64,000 nucleotides of DNA from an uncultured Lachnospiraceae bacterium (GTDB taxonomy: Bacteria > Bacillota > Clostridia > Lachnospirales > Lachnospiraceae): contig CAMIYN010000001.1 in NCBI GenBank assembly GCA_946403075.1, positions 7,014-71,013 of the forward strand. The letters run 5' to 3'. The notes beneath the pieces are model-generated. The model ran no database searches and was not told the origin of the DNA. It saw nothing but the letters and a program-made list of their open reading frames with translations. Positions 39,341 to 47,176 of the stretch are shown one piece after another. Both the position numbers and the translations under genes were made by a program. Every line of letters starts with the position of its first letter. Position 1 is the first letter of the stretch.

Positions 39341-39398
39341 TACAAATTAACAACTGTCAATTTTTGTATATTATATCAAATTTTTTACTATTGTCAAT
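39341..39398 (-). promoter_or_regulatory. Sigma-A promoter with repeated ATTGACA half-sites (putative TetR operator)
   Basis: The minus strand reads TTGACA (complement of 39393-39398), a 16-nt spacer, TATAAT (complement of 39371-39376), ATACAAAAA, then TTGACAGTTGTTAA (imperfect palindrome, 39347-39360), then AAGGAG. Confidence 0.5.
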
Positions 39399-39518
39399 AA
39401 AAAGATTAATGTTTATTAAATGTAAAAATAATTTCTAAACAAGATAAGTAATAGCTTACATTATCACAAAAAATATGTTATTTTTTAAACCATATATCAT
39501 TAGAGATTGTCATAATCT

Positions 39519-39557
39519 GCAAAACAAAAGAGATAAGCTATTTAACTTATCTCTTTT
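39519..39557 (-). terminator. Rho-independent terminator after the rubredoxin-like ORF
   Basis: Perfect 10-bp stem AAGAGATAAG (39528-39537) / CTTATCTCTT (39546-39555) with an 8-nt loop. It is followed on the minus strand by UUUUGUUUU. Confidence 0.7.
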
Positions 39558-39584
39558 ACATATTAAAGATGAACTCTAATAAAT

Positions 39585-39695
39585 TTAGTCTTTCTTTTCC
39601 TCAAATTGGCTTGCATCAGCACCACAAAGAGGACATTTTTCAGGAGCTGTATCTCCTTCATGCACATAACCACATATTTTACATACCCATTTCAT
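39585..39695 (-). CDS. Rubredoxin-like zinc-ribbon mini-protein (36 aa)
   Basis: Not in the ORF track (too short). Manual translation gives MKWVCKICGYVHEGDTAPEKCPLCGADASQFEEKKD*, with two CxxC pairs and SD GGAGA 8 nt upstream. Confidence 0.6.
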   Translation of the reverse strand: MKWVCKICGYVHEGDTAPEKCPLCGADASQFEEKKD

Positions 39696-39795
39696 ATTAG
39701 TTGTCTCCTTTCACTTTAAACTTTGTATAATTATATCATTTAGAGCAATTTTTAGCAATATGTCCAGTAGTCCATAGATAGGTAGAAACCCCATC

Positions 39796-39990
39796 TTATT
39801 TCCTTTCATTTATACTAATTGCAAATTTATTTTTAATTTCATCTAAATTTTTATTAAAAATTTTTACTTGATCCTTATAGAAATTTTTAATTTCGTCTCT
39901 GGTCATTGTTTCAAATCTTTTAGAGTTTTCTATTCTAATCTTATGAATATCGTCAATTGTTAAATCATATGTTCCATCCGAGTATCTCAC
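39796..39990 (-). CDS. Hypothetical 64-aa protein, immediately downstream of the PIN-like ORF (possible partner)
   Basis: GTG start 2 nt after the PIN-like stop. Charged and helical-looking. No family recognised. Confidence 0.3.
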   Translation of the reverse strand: MRYSDGTYDLTIDDIHKIRIENSKRFETMTRDEIKNFYKDQVKIFNKNLDEIKNKFAISINERK

Positions 39991-39992
39991 AA

Positions 39993-40292
39993 TTACACCT
40001 CCATTTCTAATAATGTCATTGGATTTATAATTTCTATATCCTTAAGCCCTTTTAACTGTGTTATTTTTCTAACACCTTGTATTGTTTTTATATTTACTAA
40101 ATGCTTAAAGTTCCAAGAAATAATAACATCGCACTCATTCAAAACAGCTACTGCTATATGCTGACAATCTTCGAAACTCTTTTCGTTTAAAATCCCTATA
40201 TCAACAATTTCATCTACTAAATCAAATACATCATCAGTTATTTCTAAATTAGTATATTGTATTTCACTTAATTTTTGATTGCAAAATATCAA
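39993..40292 (-). CDS. PIN-like domain protein (putative VapC-type toxin), N-terminus lacking a canonical start
   Basis: FEDCQHIAVAVLNECDVIISWNFKHLVN is a PIN C-terminal pattern. The frame stays open upstream to 40361 (INVYNIYLSDITVAEINKCNKGK, containing the expected N-terminal acidic motif) but contains no ATG/GTG/TTG. An ATG at 40357 (TAATG overlap with the upstream stop) is in another frame and stops after 9 codons. Confidence 0.45.
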   Translation of the reverse strand: MIFCNQKLSEIQYTNLEITDDVFDLVDEIVDIGILNEKSFEDCQHIAVAVLNECDVIISWNFKHLVNIKTIQGVRKITQLKGLKDIEIINPMTLLEMEV

Positions 40293-40356
40293 TTTTCCTT
40301 TATTACATTTATTAATTTCAGCAACTGTTATATCTGATAAGTAAATATTATAAACA

Positions 40357-41361
40357 TTAATTTAATACCTTACTCAAAACTTCAAGATTTTTTTTCATAT
40401 AACTCAAATAACTCTCTCCTTTTTTTATATCATCAGCAGAAACTGCTTGAAGTGAAAACATTGTCTCTATCTCAGCACTTTTTCCTTTGCTATTTAAAAT
40501 TATTGCCTCAGCAATTTTTTTATCGCTTCCATCTATTGTCATAACATATTTTAAATTTTCTTCATCCAATTTGTCTGCCAAAAATCTTATTGTATTAAAG
40601 CTTGCCTCTGTCTCAGCAGAGCAACCCTTAAATGCTGCATAATATTTCAAACCATAATCATCAACCAAATATCTAAATGGAAATCTATCGCCAAATAAGA
40701 TCACCCTTGTATTTGCAGTAGCTGTGATTCTTGCAAAATCATCATCTAAAAAATTAAGTTCTCTTAAATAGTTATCAAGATTTTTTCTATATATGTCTTC
40801 CCCACTTTTATCAAGCATTGATATTGCATTGCACAATTCATTACAAATTGTTTTTGCATTTATAACGGATAGCCACACATGTTCATCATATTCTATTTCT
40901 TCTTCAACACCGTCTCCTTTTTCTTCCTCTTCTTCCATTCCTTCTATTAACTCTTCTTCTTTTATCCTACTTCCAAGTATTTCCATCAAATTAATAGTTT
41001 TTAAATTTGAATTTTCTGTCTGCTCCAAAACTCTCTCAACCCAAGCATCTGACTCTCCACCAACATATACAAATAAATCTGCTTCATTTATATCCAGCAT
41101 ATCTTTCATAGTTGGTTGGTAATTATGTAAATCCACACCACTATCAAGAAGTATTGACACATCAAATTTTTCACTATTTTCGCCTATTATCTCTCTCACA
41201 AAATCATATTCTGGAAAAATCGTTGTGACAATTTTGATTTTTTCATCAGCAGTATCGCCATTTACTATACCATTTGTTTCATTTACAACATCTTTTTTGC
41301 CACAAGAAAAAATCAACAAACATAAAACAAATAAACTTACTAAACTAAATCCTTTTTTCAT
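40357..41361 (-). CDS. Metal (Zn/Mn) ABC transporter substrate-binding lipoprotein, ZnuA/TroA family, without adjacent permease/ATPase
   Basis: Lipobox IFSC. IKIVTTIFPEYDFVREI, DLFVYVGGESDAW, an acidic loop EEEEEKGDGVEEEIEYDEHVW, then GCSAETEAS. Confidence 0.8.
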   Translation of the reverse strand: MKKGFSLVSLFVLCLLIFSCGKKDVVNETNGIVNGDTADEKIKIVTTIFPEYDFVREIIGENSEKFDVSILLDSGVDLHNYQPTMKDMLDINEADLFVYVGGESDAWVERVLEQTENSNLKTINLMEILGSRIKEEELIEGMEEEEEKGDGVEEEIEYDEHVWLSVINAKTICNELCNAISMLDKSGEDIYRKNLDNYLRELNFLDDDFARITATANTRVILFGDRFPFRYLVDDYGLKYYAAFKGCSAETEASFNTIRFLADKLDEENLKYVMTIDGSDKKIAEAIILNSKGKSAEIETMFSLQAVSADDIKKGESYLSYMKKNLEVLSKVLN

Positions 41362-41453
41362 AACAAATATTCTCCTTTTTTAGCCCTGTTGATAGGTAAA
41401 ATGAAGAAAAATCTCTTCACAAGGGTTGATTATACAATTTTAGGAGCAAACTG

Positions 41454-43559
41454 TCAATTTTTAATAGGTCTAAACAACAATATTAAAACAACTATTGCCA
41501 TTAACATTGATATAACTGTCCATATACCAAATACCCCAGCTGTCAAAAACATTCCTATATTATATAAGACCATTGCAATAAAGTAGCCTACACACATTTG
41601 AAAAATAAAAGTTATAAAGCCCCATTTTGCACTGCCTTGTTCTCTAAAAGCAGCAGCAATTGCTGCAAGACAAGGTGCATTAAATACATTAAATAGCATA
41701 AAACTAAGTCCTGCCAAACTATTTCCACCAAACAAATTGTTTATAGCATACACTATATCATCTTCACTTTCTGTCGCAGCATTTGCAAGCATCCCAAGTG
41801 TAGCAGTCGCTTGTTCTTTTGCAATCTCAGCAGAAATAGATGCAACTGCTCCTTGCCAATTCCCAAATCCAAGTGGAGCAAATATAACTGCAATAAAATC
41901 TCCTATAACCTTCAAAATACTTTCATTTAAGTCTACCATCTCAAATCTAAAATTAAAATTCATCAAAAACCACAAAATAATACAAGCAGAGAAAATTATT
42001 GTTCCTGCTTTTATTATAAATCCTTTTGCTCTATCCCAGGTTCTAATTATTACATTTCTAACAGCAGGTAAATGATATGCAGGTAATTCCATTACAAATG
42101 GAGCAGGATCTCCTGAAAATACTTTAAACTTTTTTAAAATTATTCCAAATACTACTACTACCATTATCCCTATAAAATAAACTGATGTCGCTATCAAACT
42201 ATTTCCACCAAAAAAAGTTTTAGTCATAATCAAGACAATTTCCATTTTTGCAGCACAAGGTATAAAAGTAGCAAGCATTATTGTCATTCTTCTATCTTTT
42301 TCTTCTTCGATAGTGCGAGATGCCATTATAGCAGGAACTCCACATCCAGTCCCTATAACCATAGGTATAAATGACTTTCCTGACAAACCAAATTTTCTAA
42401 ATATCCTATCAAAAATAAATGCCACTCTTGCCATATACCCAGAATCTTCAAGTATAGATAAAAGCAAAAACAAAATTGCTATTTGTGGCACAAAACCGAG
42501 CACCGTTCCTACACCATTTACAATTCCATCTATAACCAAACTTTTTATCCAATCAGACACATTTAAAAAGCTTAAAAAACTTTCTACAATATTTGGCACA
42601 ATTTCACCAAACAAAACATCATTCATCCAATCAGTCAAAAAACTGCCAAATTGCCCCATCGAGATACTATACACAATTCCCATAATGACTGCAAAAATTG
42701 GCAGAGCAAAAATTCTATTTGTAATAACTGAATCTATTCTGTCTGAAATACTCAAATCCCCTTTAGCTCTCTTTTTTATTACTGCCCTACTAACGAGTTC
42801 TTGTATAAATTCATATCGTTGATTTGTTATAATACTCTCTGCATCATCATCTACTTCCAGTTCACAATCTTTTATATGTTCTTCTATATGGTCTATAACA
42901 TCTTTTTCTATTTTTAAATTTTTATATGCTTCTTTATCTCTTTCAAATATTTTTATAGCAAACCATCTTATATTACTCTCATCAACTATATCTTGTATTG
43001 ATTCTTCAATATGAGCCAATGCATGCTCTACAGACCCTCTGAAAATATGAAGACAACTCGTTTTATGTTTTTCACTACCAACTTTTATACACTCACTTAT
43101 TACTTCATCAATTCCTTTATTTTTGAGTGCAGACATAGTCATTACAGTACAGCCAAGTTCTTTTGATAATTTTTCAATATCTATCTTATCTCCATTTTTC
43201 TCTACCACATCTATCATATTTATAGCTACAACTGTAGGTATTCCTATCTCCAAAATTTGAGTTGTGAGATATAAATTTCTTTCAATATTTGTCCCATCAA
43301 CAATGTTTAAAATAACATCAGGCTTATCATTTACGATATAATTTCTTGCTACTACTTCCTCCATCGTATATGGAGAAAGAGAGTATATACCAGGCAAATC
43401 TTGTATTGTCACATTTTTATCAAGTCTATATTTGCCTTCCTTTTTTTCAACTGTCACACCAGGCCAATTTCCTACATATTGAGATTGTCCTGTCAATTCG
43501 TTAAAAAGTGTTGTCTTTCCACAATTTGGATTTCCAGCAAGTGCAATCCTTAAATTCAT
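41454..43559 (-). CDS. feoB: Ferrous iron transporter FeoB
   Basis: IALAGNPNCGKTTLFN G-domain and a polytopic C-terminal part. Start at ATG 43559, which has SD GGGAGG 8 nt upstream. Confidence 0.9.
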   Translation of the reverse strand: MNLRIALAGNPNCGKTTLFNELTGQSQYVGNWPGVTVEKKEGKYRLDKNVTIQDLPGIYSLSPYTMEEVVARNYIVNDKPDVILNIVDGTNIERNLYLTTQILEIGIPTVVAINMIDVVEKNGDKIDIEKLSKELGCTVMTMSALKNKGIDEVISECIKVGSEKHKTSCLHIFRGSVEHALAHIEESIQDIVDESNIRWFAIKIFERDKEAYKNLKIEKDVIDHIEEHIKDCELEVDDDAESIITNQRYEFIQELVSRAVIKKRAKGDLSISDRIDSVITNRIFALPIFAVIMGIVYSISMGQFGSFLTDWMNDVLFGEIVPNIVESFLSFLNVSDWIKSLVIDGIVNGVGTVLGFVPQIAILFLLLSILEDSGYMARVAFIFDRIFRKFGLSGKSFIPMVIGTGCGVPAIMASRTIEEEKDRRMTIMLATFIPCAAKMEIVLIMTKTFFGGNSLIATSVYFIGIMVVVVFGIILKKFKVFSGDPAPFVMELPAYHLPAVRNVIIRTWDRAKGFIIKAGTIIFSACIILWFLMNFNFRFEMVDLNESILKVIGDFIAVIFAPLGFGNWQGAVASISAEIAKEQATATLGMLANAATESEDDIVYAINNLFGGNSLAGLSFMLFNVFNAPCLAAIAAAFREQGSAKWGFITFIFQMCVGYFIAMVLYNIGMFLTAGVFGIWTVISMLMAIVVLILLFRPIKN

Positions 43560-43572
43560 AAAATTTACCTCC

Positions 43573-43794
43573 CTATTCAACTTCTAATAATTTTGCATCA
43601 TCTTTTCTTATAGATAATTCATATCCCCTAACTGTAATCTCTATTGGGTCACCCAGGGGTGCGAATTTTCTTATGAAAATTGATGTGCCTTTTGTTATTC
43701 CCATATCCATTATTCGCCTTTTTACTTTTCCTTCACTATTAATTTTTTTAACTACTGCTGTGTCCCCTACACTCATATCACCAAGAGTCTTCAT
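43573..43794 (-). CDS. feoA: FeoA domain protein
   Basis: 73 aa. LGDMSVGDTAVVKKI....VKRRIMDMGITKGTSI SH3-like FeoA pattern. Confidence 0.8.
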   Translation of the reverse strand: MKTLGDMSVGDTAVVKKINSEGKVKRRIMDMGITKGTSIFIRKFAPLGDPIEITVRGYELSIRKDDAKLLEVE

Positions 43795-43881
43795 TCTTTA
43801 CCTCCTTTCATTTTTTATATTTAAAATATTTTAAAAAATTGTTAAAACGAGCTTAACAAATAATTTGATTTTAGATGTTCC

Positions 43882-44118
43882 TTAATTTTTACTTTTATCA
43901 ATTATTTCTATCATTATTTTTTCTGCCATTTCTTTTGTTATTGCAATTCTACTTTCTTTTATATTAAGTATGACATCACCATTATGTGATGAAACAACTT
44001 TCGCTAATGCACCATCTACAAAACCCAAATCCATTAGGTGTTTTTTGCTATCATCCCTCCCTATGAGCTTACTAATTTTCACAATATCTCCTGACTTTAC
44101 ATACATTAATGGAAGCAT
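43882..44118 (-). CDS. feoA: FeoA domain protein (second copy)
   Basis: 78 aa. VKSGDIVKISKLIGRDDSKKHLMDLGFVDGALAKVV. Confidence 0.75.
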   Translation of the reverse strand: MLPLMYVKSGDIVKISKLIGRDDSKKHLMDLGFVDGALAKVVSSHNGDVILNIKESRIAITKEMAEKIMIEIIDKSKN

Positions 44119-44120
44119 AC

Positions 44121-44279
44121 CTACTCCTTGTTATTTATGTTATTTTTTCTGCACATTTCACAAGTTTTATTGTTGCAATTCATACCACAGTTGCAACAGG
44201 ATTTGCTATTTCTAATATGTCTAATTGCAAATCCAAACAAAACAAAGACCAAAATTAAAACAATTATATCTCCAATCAT
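44121..44279 (-). CDS. FeoB-associated Cys-rich small membrane protein (52 aa)
   Basis: Not in the ORF track. Manual translation gives MIGDIIVLILVFVLFGFAIRHIRNSKSCCNCGMNCNNKTCEMCRKNNINNKE*, one TM helix plus a Cys cluster. SD GGAGGT is 5 nt upstream. Confidence 0.7.
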   Translation of the reverse strand: MIGDIIVLILVFVLFGFAIRHIRNSKSCCNCGMNCNNKTCEMCRKNNINNKE

Positions 44280-44380
44280 ATCAACCTCCTGTATTACATT
44301 TAAAGAGTCTTAAATAATACAATTTTTTAAAACAAAATTAAAAAACATTATTGAAACTATCATAATAATAATTAAGTATT

Positions 44381-44442
44381 GTTAATCATAGTTAATCATA
44401 TCTAACTAACCGTATAATACAATATTAATTAATTTTTGTCAA
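44381..44442 (-). promoter_or_regulatory. Candidate feo promoter with a tandem 10-bp repeat just downstream (possible metalloregulator site)
   Basis: The minus strand reads TTGACA (complement of 44437-44442), a 17-nt spacer, then TATTAT (complement of 44414-44419). A further 13 nt on comes TATGATTAAC-TATGATTAAC (44381-44400, an exact tandem decamer). Confidence 0.4.
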
Positions 44443-44474
44443 CAAAAAAATCCCTTTTATATAAAAGGGATTTA
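44443..44474 (-). terminator. Rho-independent terminator after modC
   Basis: AAATCCCTTTTAT/ATAAAAGGGATTT perfect inverted repeat (44448-44473), followed on the minus strand by a U-run (+ strand A-run 44443-44450). Confidence 0.65.
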
Positions 44475-44549
44475 CTGTTATCAAATGTATTTAAACTACA
44501 TTTATACATTGCTTATTTTTTTGGCAGTCTCCAAAATATAATTAAATTT

Positions 44550-45305
44550 TTATTGATTCTTATCATCCATCTCATCAAGTTCTTTTCTCGAAATATCAGA
44601 AAACATAACTATCTTTTTGCTTGCTTCGGTTTTTGGATTTTCAATTATCTCTTTTATGTTCCTATCTTCTACTACTTCACCATTAGCCATTATTATTGAC
44701 CTTTTACATATATAATATACTTCATTTATATTGTGCGAAACAAATAAAGTCCCCTTATCAAAAAATTTTATAGTCCTTTTTAATTCTTTTGCTAAATTCC
44801 ATTTTAAAAATGCATCTATAGCAGAAAATGGTTCATCAAGCAATAAATACTCAGGTTCATTTACAACTATTCTCGCGAGTGCAACTCTCTGTTGCTGTCC
44901 CCCCGACAACTCACTTGGATATTTATTTTCAAGTCCATCAAGTTCAAGTGATTTTATCATATATTTTACTTTTTCTTGTTTTTCAGAATTTGTATATTTT
45001 TTGTTTACAGATATAAAAATATTTTTCCACACAGTCATATTTGGAAATAGTGCATAGTTTTGAAATAAATATGCAATATGCCTATCTTGAGTTCTTATAT
45101 TTATTTTCTTTTCACTATCAAACAATACTCTATCATTTAAAATAATTTGTCCCTTGTCTGGTTTTTCTATTCCTGCAATACATTTTAAAGTCATCGACTT
45201 GCCAGAACCTGATGAGCCAATTAATCCTATTATATCTTTATCAGTTTCAAAATTTACTTCCAAATCAAATTTATTTAATTTCTTTTTTATATTTACTTTT
45301 AACAA
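44550..45305 (-). CDS. modC: Molybdate/sulfate-type ABC transporter ATP-binding protein
   Basis: GLIGSSGSGKSMT (Walker A), LSGGQQQRVALAR, LLLDEPFSAID. Located after modA-modB. Confidence 0.75.
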   Translation of the reverse strand: MLKVNIKKKLNKFDLEVNFETDKDIIGLIGSSGSGKSMTLKCIAGIEKPDKGQIILNDRVLFDSEKKINIRTQDRHIAYLFQNYALFPNMTVWKNIFISVNKKYTNSEKQEKVKYMIKSLELDGLENKYPSELSGGQQQRVALARIVVNEPEYLLLDEPFSAIDAFLKWNLAKELKRTIKFFDKGTLFVSHNINEVYYICKRSIIMANGEVVEDRNIKEIIENPKTEASKKIVMFSDISRKELDEMDDKNQ

Positions 45306-45323
45306 TTTGCACCAATATAATTT

Positions 45324-45974
45324 TTATTTCTTTTCAAAATTATTTATAAATAATAAAACTATCGCAGAGATTAAAATATTTATCATAACCCAAACAAATG
45401 CCATATGCTCATTATCCGTTCTCCACAGCTGGTATACTGTTGTGGATATAGTTGCAGTTTTTCCTGGTGTATATCCAGAAACCATCGAAGTAGCACCATA
45501 CTCACCAAGTGCTCTCGCAAATGACAAAACTGCTCCTGCCATGAGTCCCTTTTTGCAATAAGGCATCCTTATATTCCAAAAAATATAACTATTGCTTAGC
45601 CCCAAAGTTTTACCTGCACTTGAAAGAGTTGTGTCAAATGATTCAAAAGCACCTCTCGCAGTTCTATACATTAGTGGAAATGCCACGATTGATGTTGCAA
45701 ATATTGCTGACCACCAAGTCATAATTATTTTTACATTTAAAGTTTCATATATAAATTTTCCAAATGGTTGTCTAGGTCCTAAAAATAGCAATAATAAATA
45801 ACCTACCACAGTAGGAGGCAAAACTAATGGAAGTGTCAATAGGACATCCAATGCTCCTTTTACAATTTTAGGTAGTTTTGCAACATAATATGCAAAAAAT
45901 ATTCCAAAGAAAAATATTATTATTGTTGATATTATTGCAATTCTAATTGAATTATATAATGGGTATAAATCCAT
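45324..45974 (-). CDS. modB: Molybdate ABC transporter permease
   Basis: PLVLPPTVVGYLLL and the EAA-like loop SFARALGEYGAT. Start at ATG 45974, directly after the modA stop. Confidence 0.85.
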   Translation of the reverse strand: MDLYPLYNSIRIAIISTIIIFFFGIFFAYYVAKLPKIVKGALDVLLTLPLVLPPTVVGYLLLLFLGPRQPFGKFIYETLNVKIIMTWWSAIFATSIVAFPLMYRTARGAFESFDTTLSSAGKTLGLSNSYIFWNIRMPYCKKGLMAGAVLSFARALGEYGATSMVSGYTPGKTATISTTVYQLWRTDNEHMAFVWVMINILISAIVLLFINNFEKK

Positions 45975-45975
45975 T

Positions 45976-46788
45976 TTAATTTGCCTTTGCAAAGCCAACT
46001 GACTCAAATACCGATATTGCTTCATTTGTAGATAAATAATTTAAAAATTCTCTTGCAGTAGTCTCGTTTTTTGTGATATTTAAAATAGCAGCTGGATATA
46101 TAACTTGTCTACACATGTCCTTTGTGGCAAGGTCAATAATTTTAAGGTCTGCAGATACTGCATCAGTTGCATATATTATTCCTGCATCTACTGTTCCTTG
46201 TTTTACTTGTGTAGTTACTTCTTTTACATTTGAGCCATAAGTAATTTTATTTTGCTGCTCCAATTCTACAATAGATGTGCCAAGATATTCAAGTATTTCT
46301 AATGTGTATGCTCCAACTGGCACATCGCTATTTCCTATGGCAAGTAGTGATAACTTATCAGTTTTTAAATCATCAAATGATTGAATATTTTTGGGATTTC
46401 CATCTGGCACAACAAGAGCAACTTTATTTTCAAGTAAATTTTTTCTTGTTCCCTCTAATATAAAATCATTTTTGTCAGGGTTACTACTCTCATCCCTTGT
46501 TATGTCTAATTGATTCATTTGTTTTTGTGCTGCCGATATAAATATATCACAATCTGCCCCAGCAAGGATTTGCTTTAACAATGTACCAGATGAATCAAAA
46601 TTATATGTAATTTTTACATTTTTATTCTTTGACTCATAATCTTTTTTAATTTGTTCCATAGTCTCTGTCATTGATGCTGCAGCAAACACAATTAACTCTT
46701 CGCTTTTTGATGAGTTCCCTTCACTACTACAACCAACAAGTGAAAACACTAAACTTAAAACTAAAAAAATTCTTACTACTTTTTTCAT
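45976..46788 (-). CDS. modA: Molybdate-binding lipoprotein
   Basis: Start at ATG 46788 (MKKVVRIFLVLSLVFSLVGC lipobox). VFAAASMTE...FDSSGTLLKQILAGADCDIFISAA ModA pattern. Confidence 0.85.
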   Translation of the reverse strand: MKKVVRIFLVLSLVFSLVGCSSEGNSSKSEELIVFAAASMTETMEQIKKDYESKNKNVKITYNFDSSGTLLKQILAGADCDIFISAAQKQMNQLDITRDESSNPDKNDFILEGTRKNLLENKVALVVPDGNPKNIQSFDDLKTDKLSLLAIGNSDVPVGAYTLEILEYLGTSIVELEQQNKITYGSNVKEVTTQVKQGTVDAGIIYATDAVSADLKIIDLATKDMCRQVIYPAAILNITKNETTAREFLNYLSTNEAISVFESVGFAKAN

Positions 46789-47088
46789 AATCTTATTTTT
46801 TAACTCCTTATATTTTGATATATAAGCTCTAATAATAGTAATATTCAAAATTTCATTTTTAAAATTATTGAATAATGAAGGTTACATAAAAACCTTAACT
46901 AAAATTTTTTAAAGATTTCATTATTATTAGTATAGTATCAAATTTAAAACTAATTTCAATAAAAAAAATTCTTATTAATAAAATAAGAATTTTTTTTTAT
47001 AATTTTAATAATGTGAAAAATTTTATTAGATATTTTAACAAGCTAAATTATTAAAATTATATAATATTTAAAAAAATATTAAAAATAC

Positions 47089-47176
47089 TTGCTACGGGCT
47101 CGCGGTGCTTCGCCCCTACGGCCCCTACGGTTATCGCTACTGTATTGCAAGCGGGCTCGTGGTACTTCGCCACTAC
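47089..47176. repeat. Two GC-rich repeat units at or just past the 3' end of the giant ORF
   Basis: GGGCTCGCGGTGCTTCGCCCCTAC (47096-47119) +GGCCCCTAC, linker GGTTATCGCTACTGTATTGCAAGC, then GGGCTCGTGGTACTTCGCCACTAC (47153-47176). The ORF stop TAG is the complement of 47173-47175, inside the second core. Confidence 0.9.

Noticed and set aside
46849-47088. Possible molybdenum-cofactor riboswitch or other structured leader upstream of modA.
   Set aside because: The region is almost pure A/T with no conserved GC-containing helices. Nothing resembling a Moco RNA motif could be drawn by eye. A cmscan would be needed to exclude it formally.
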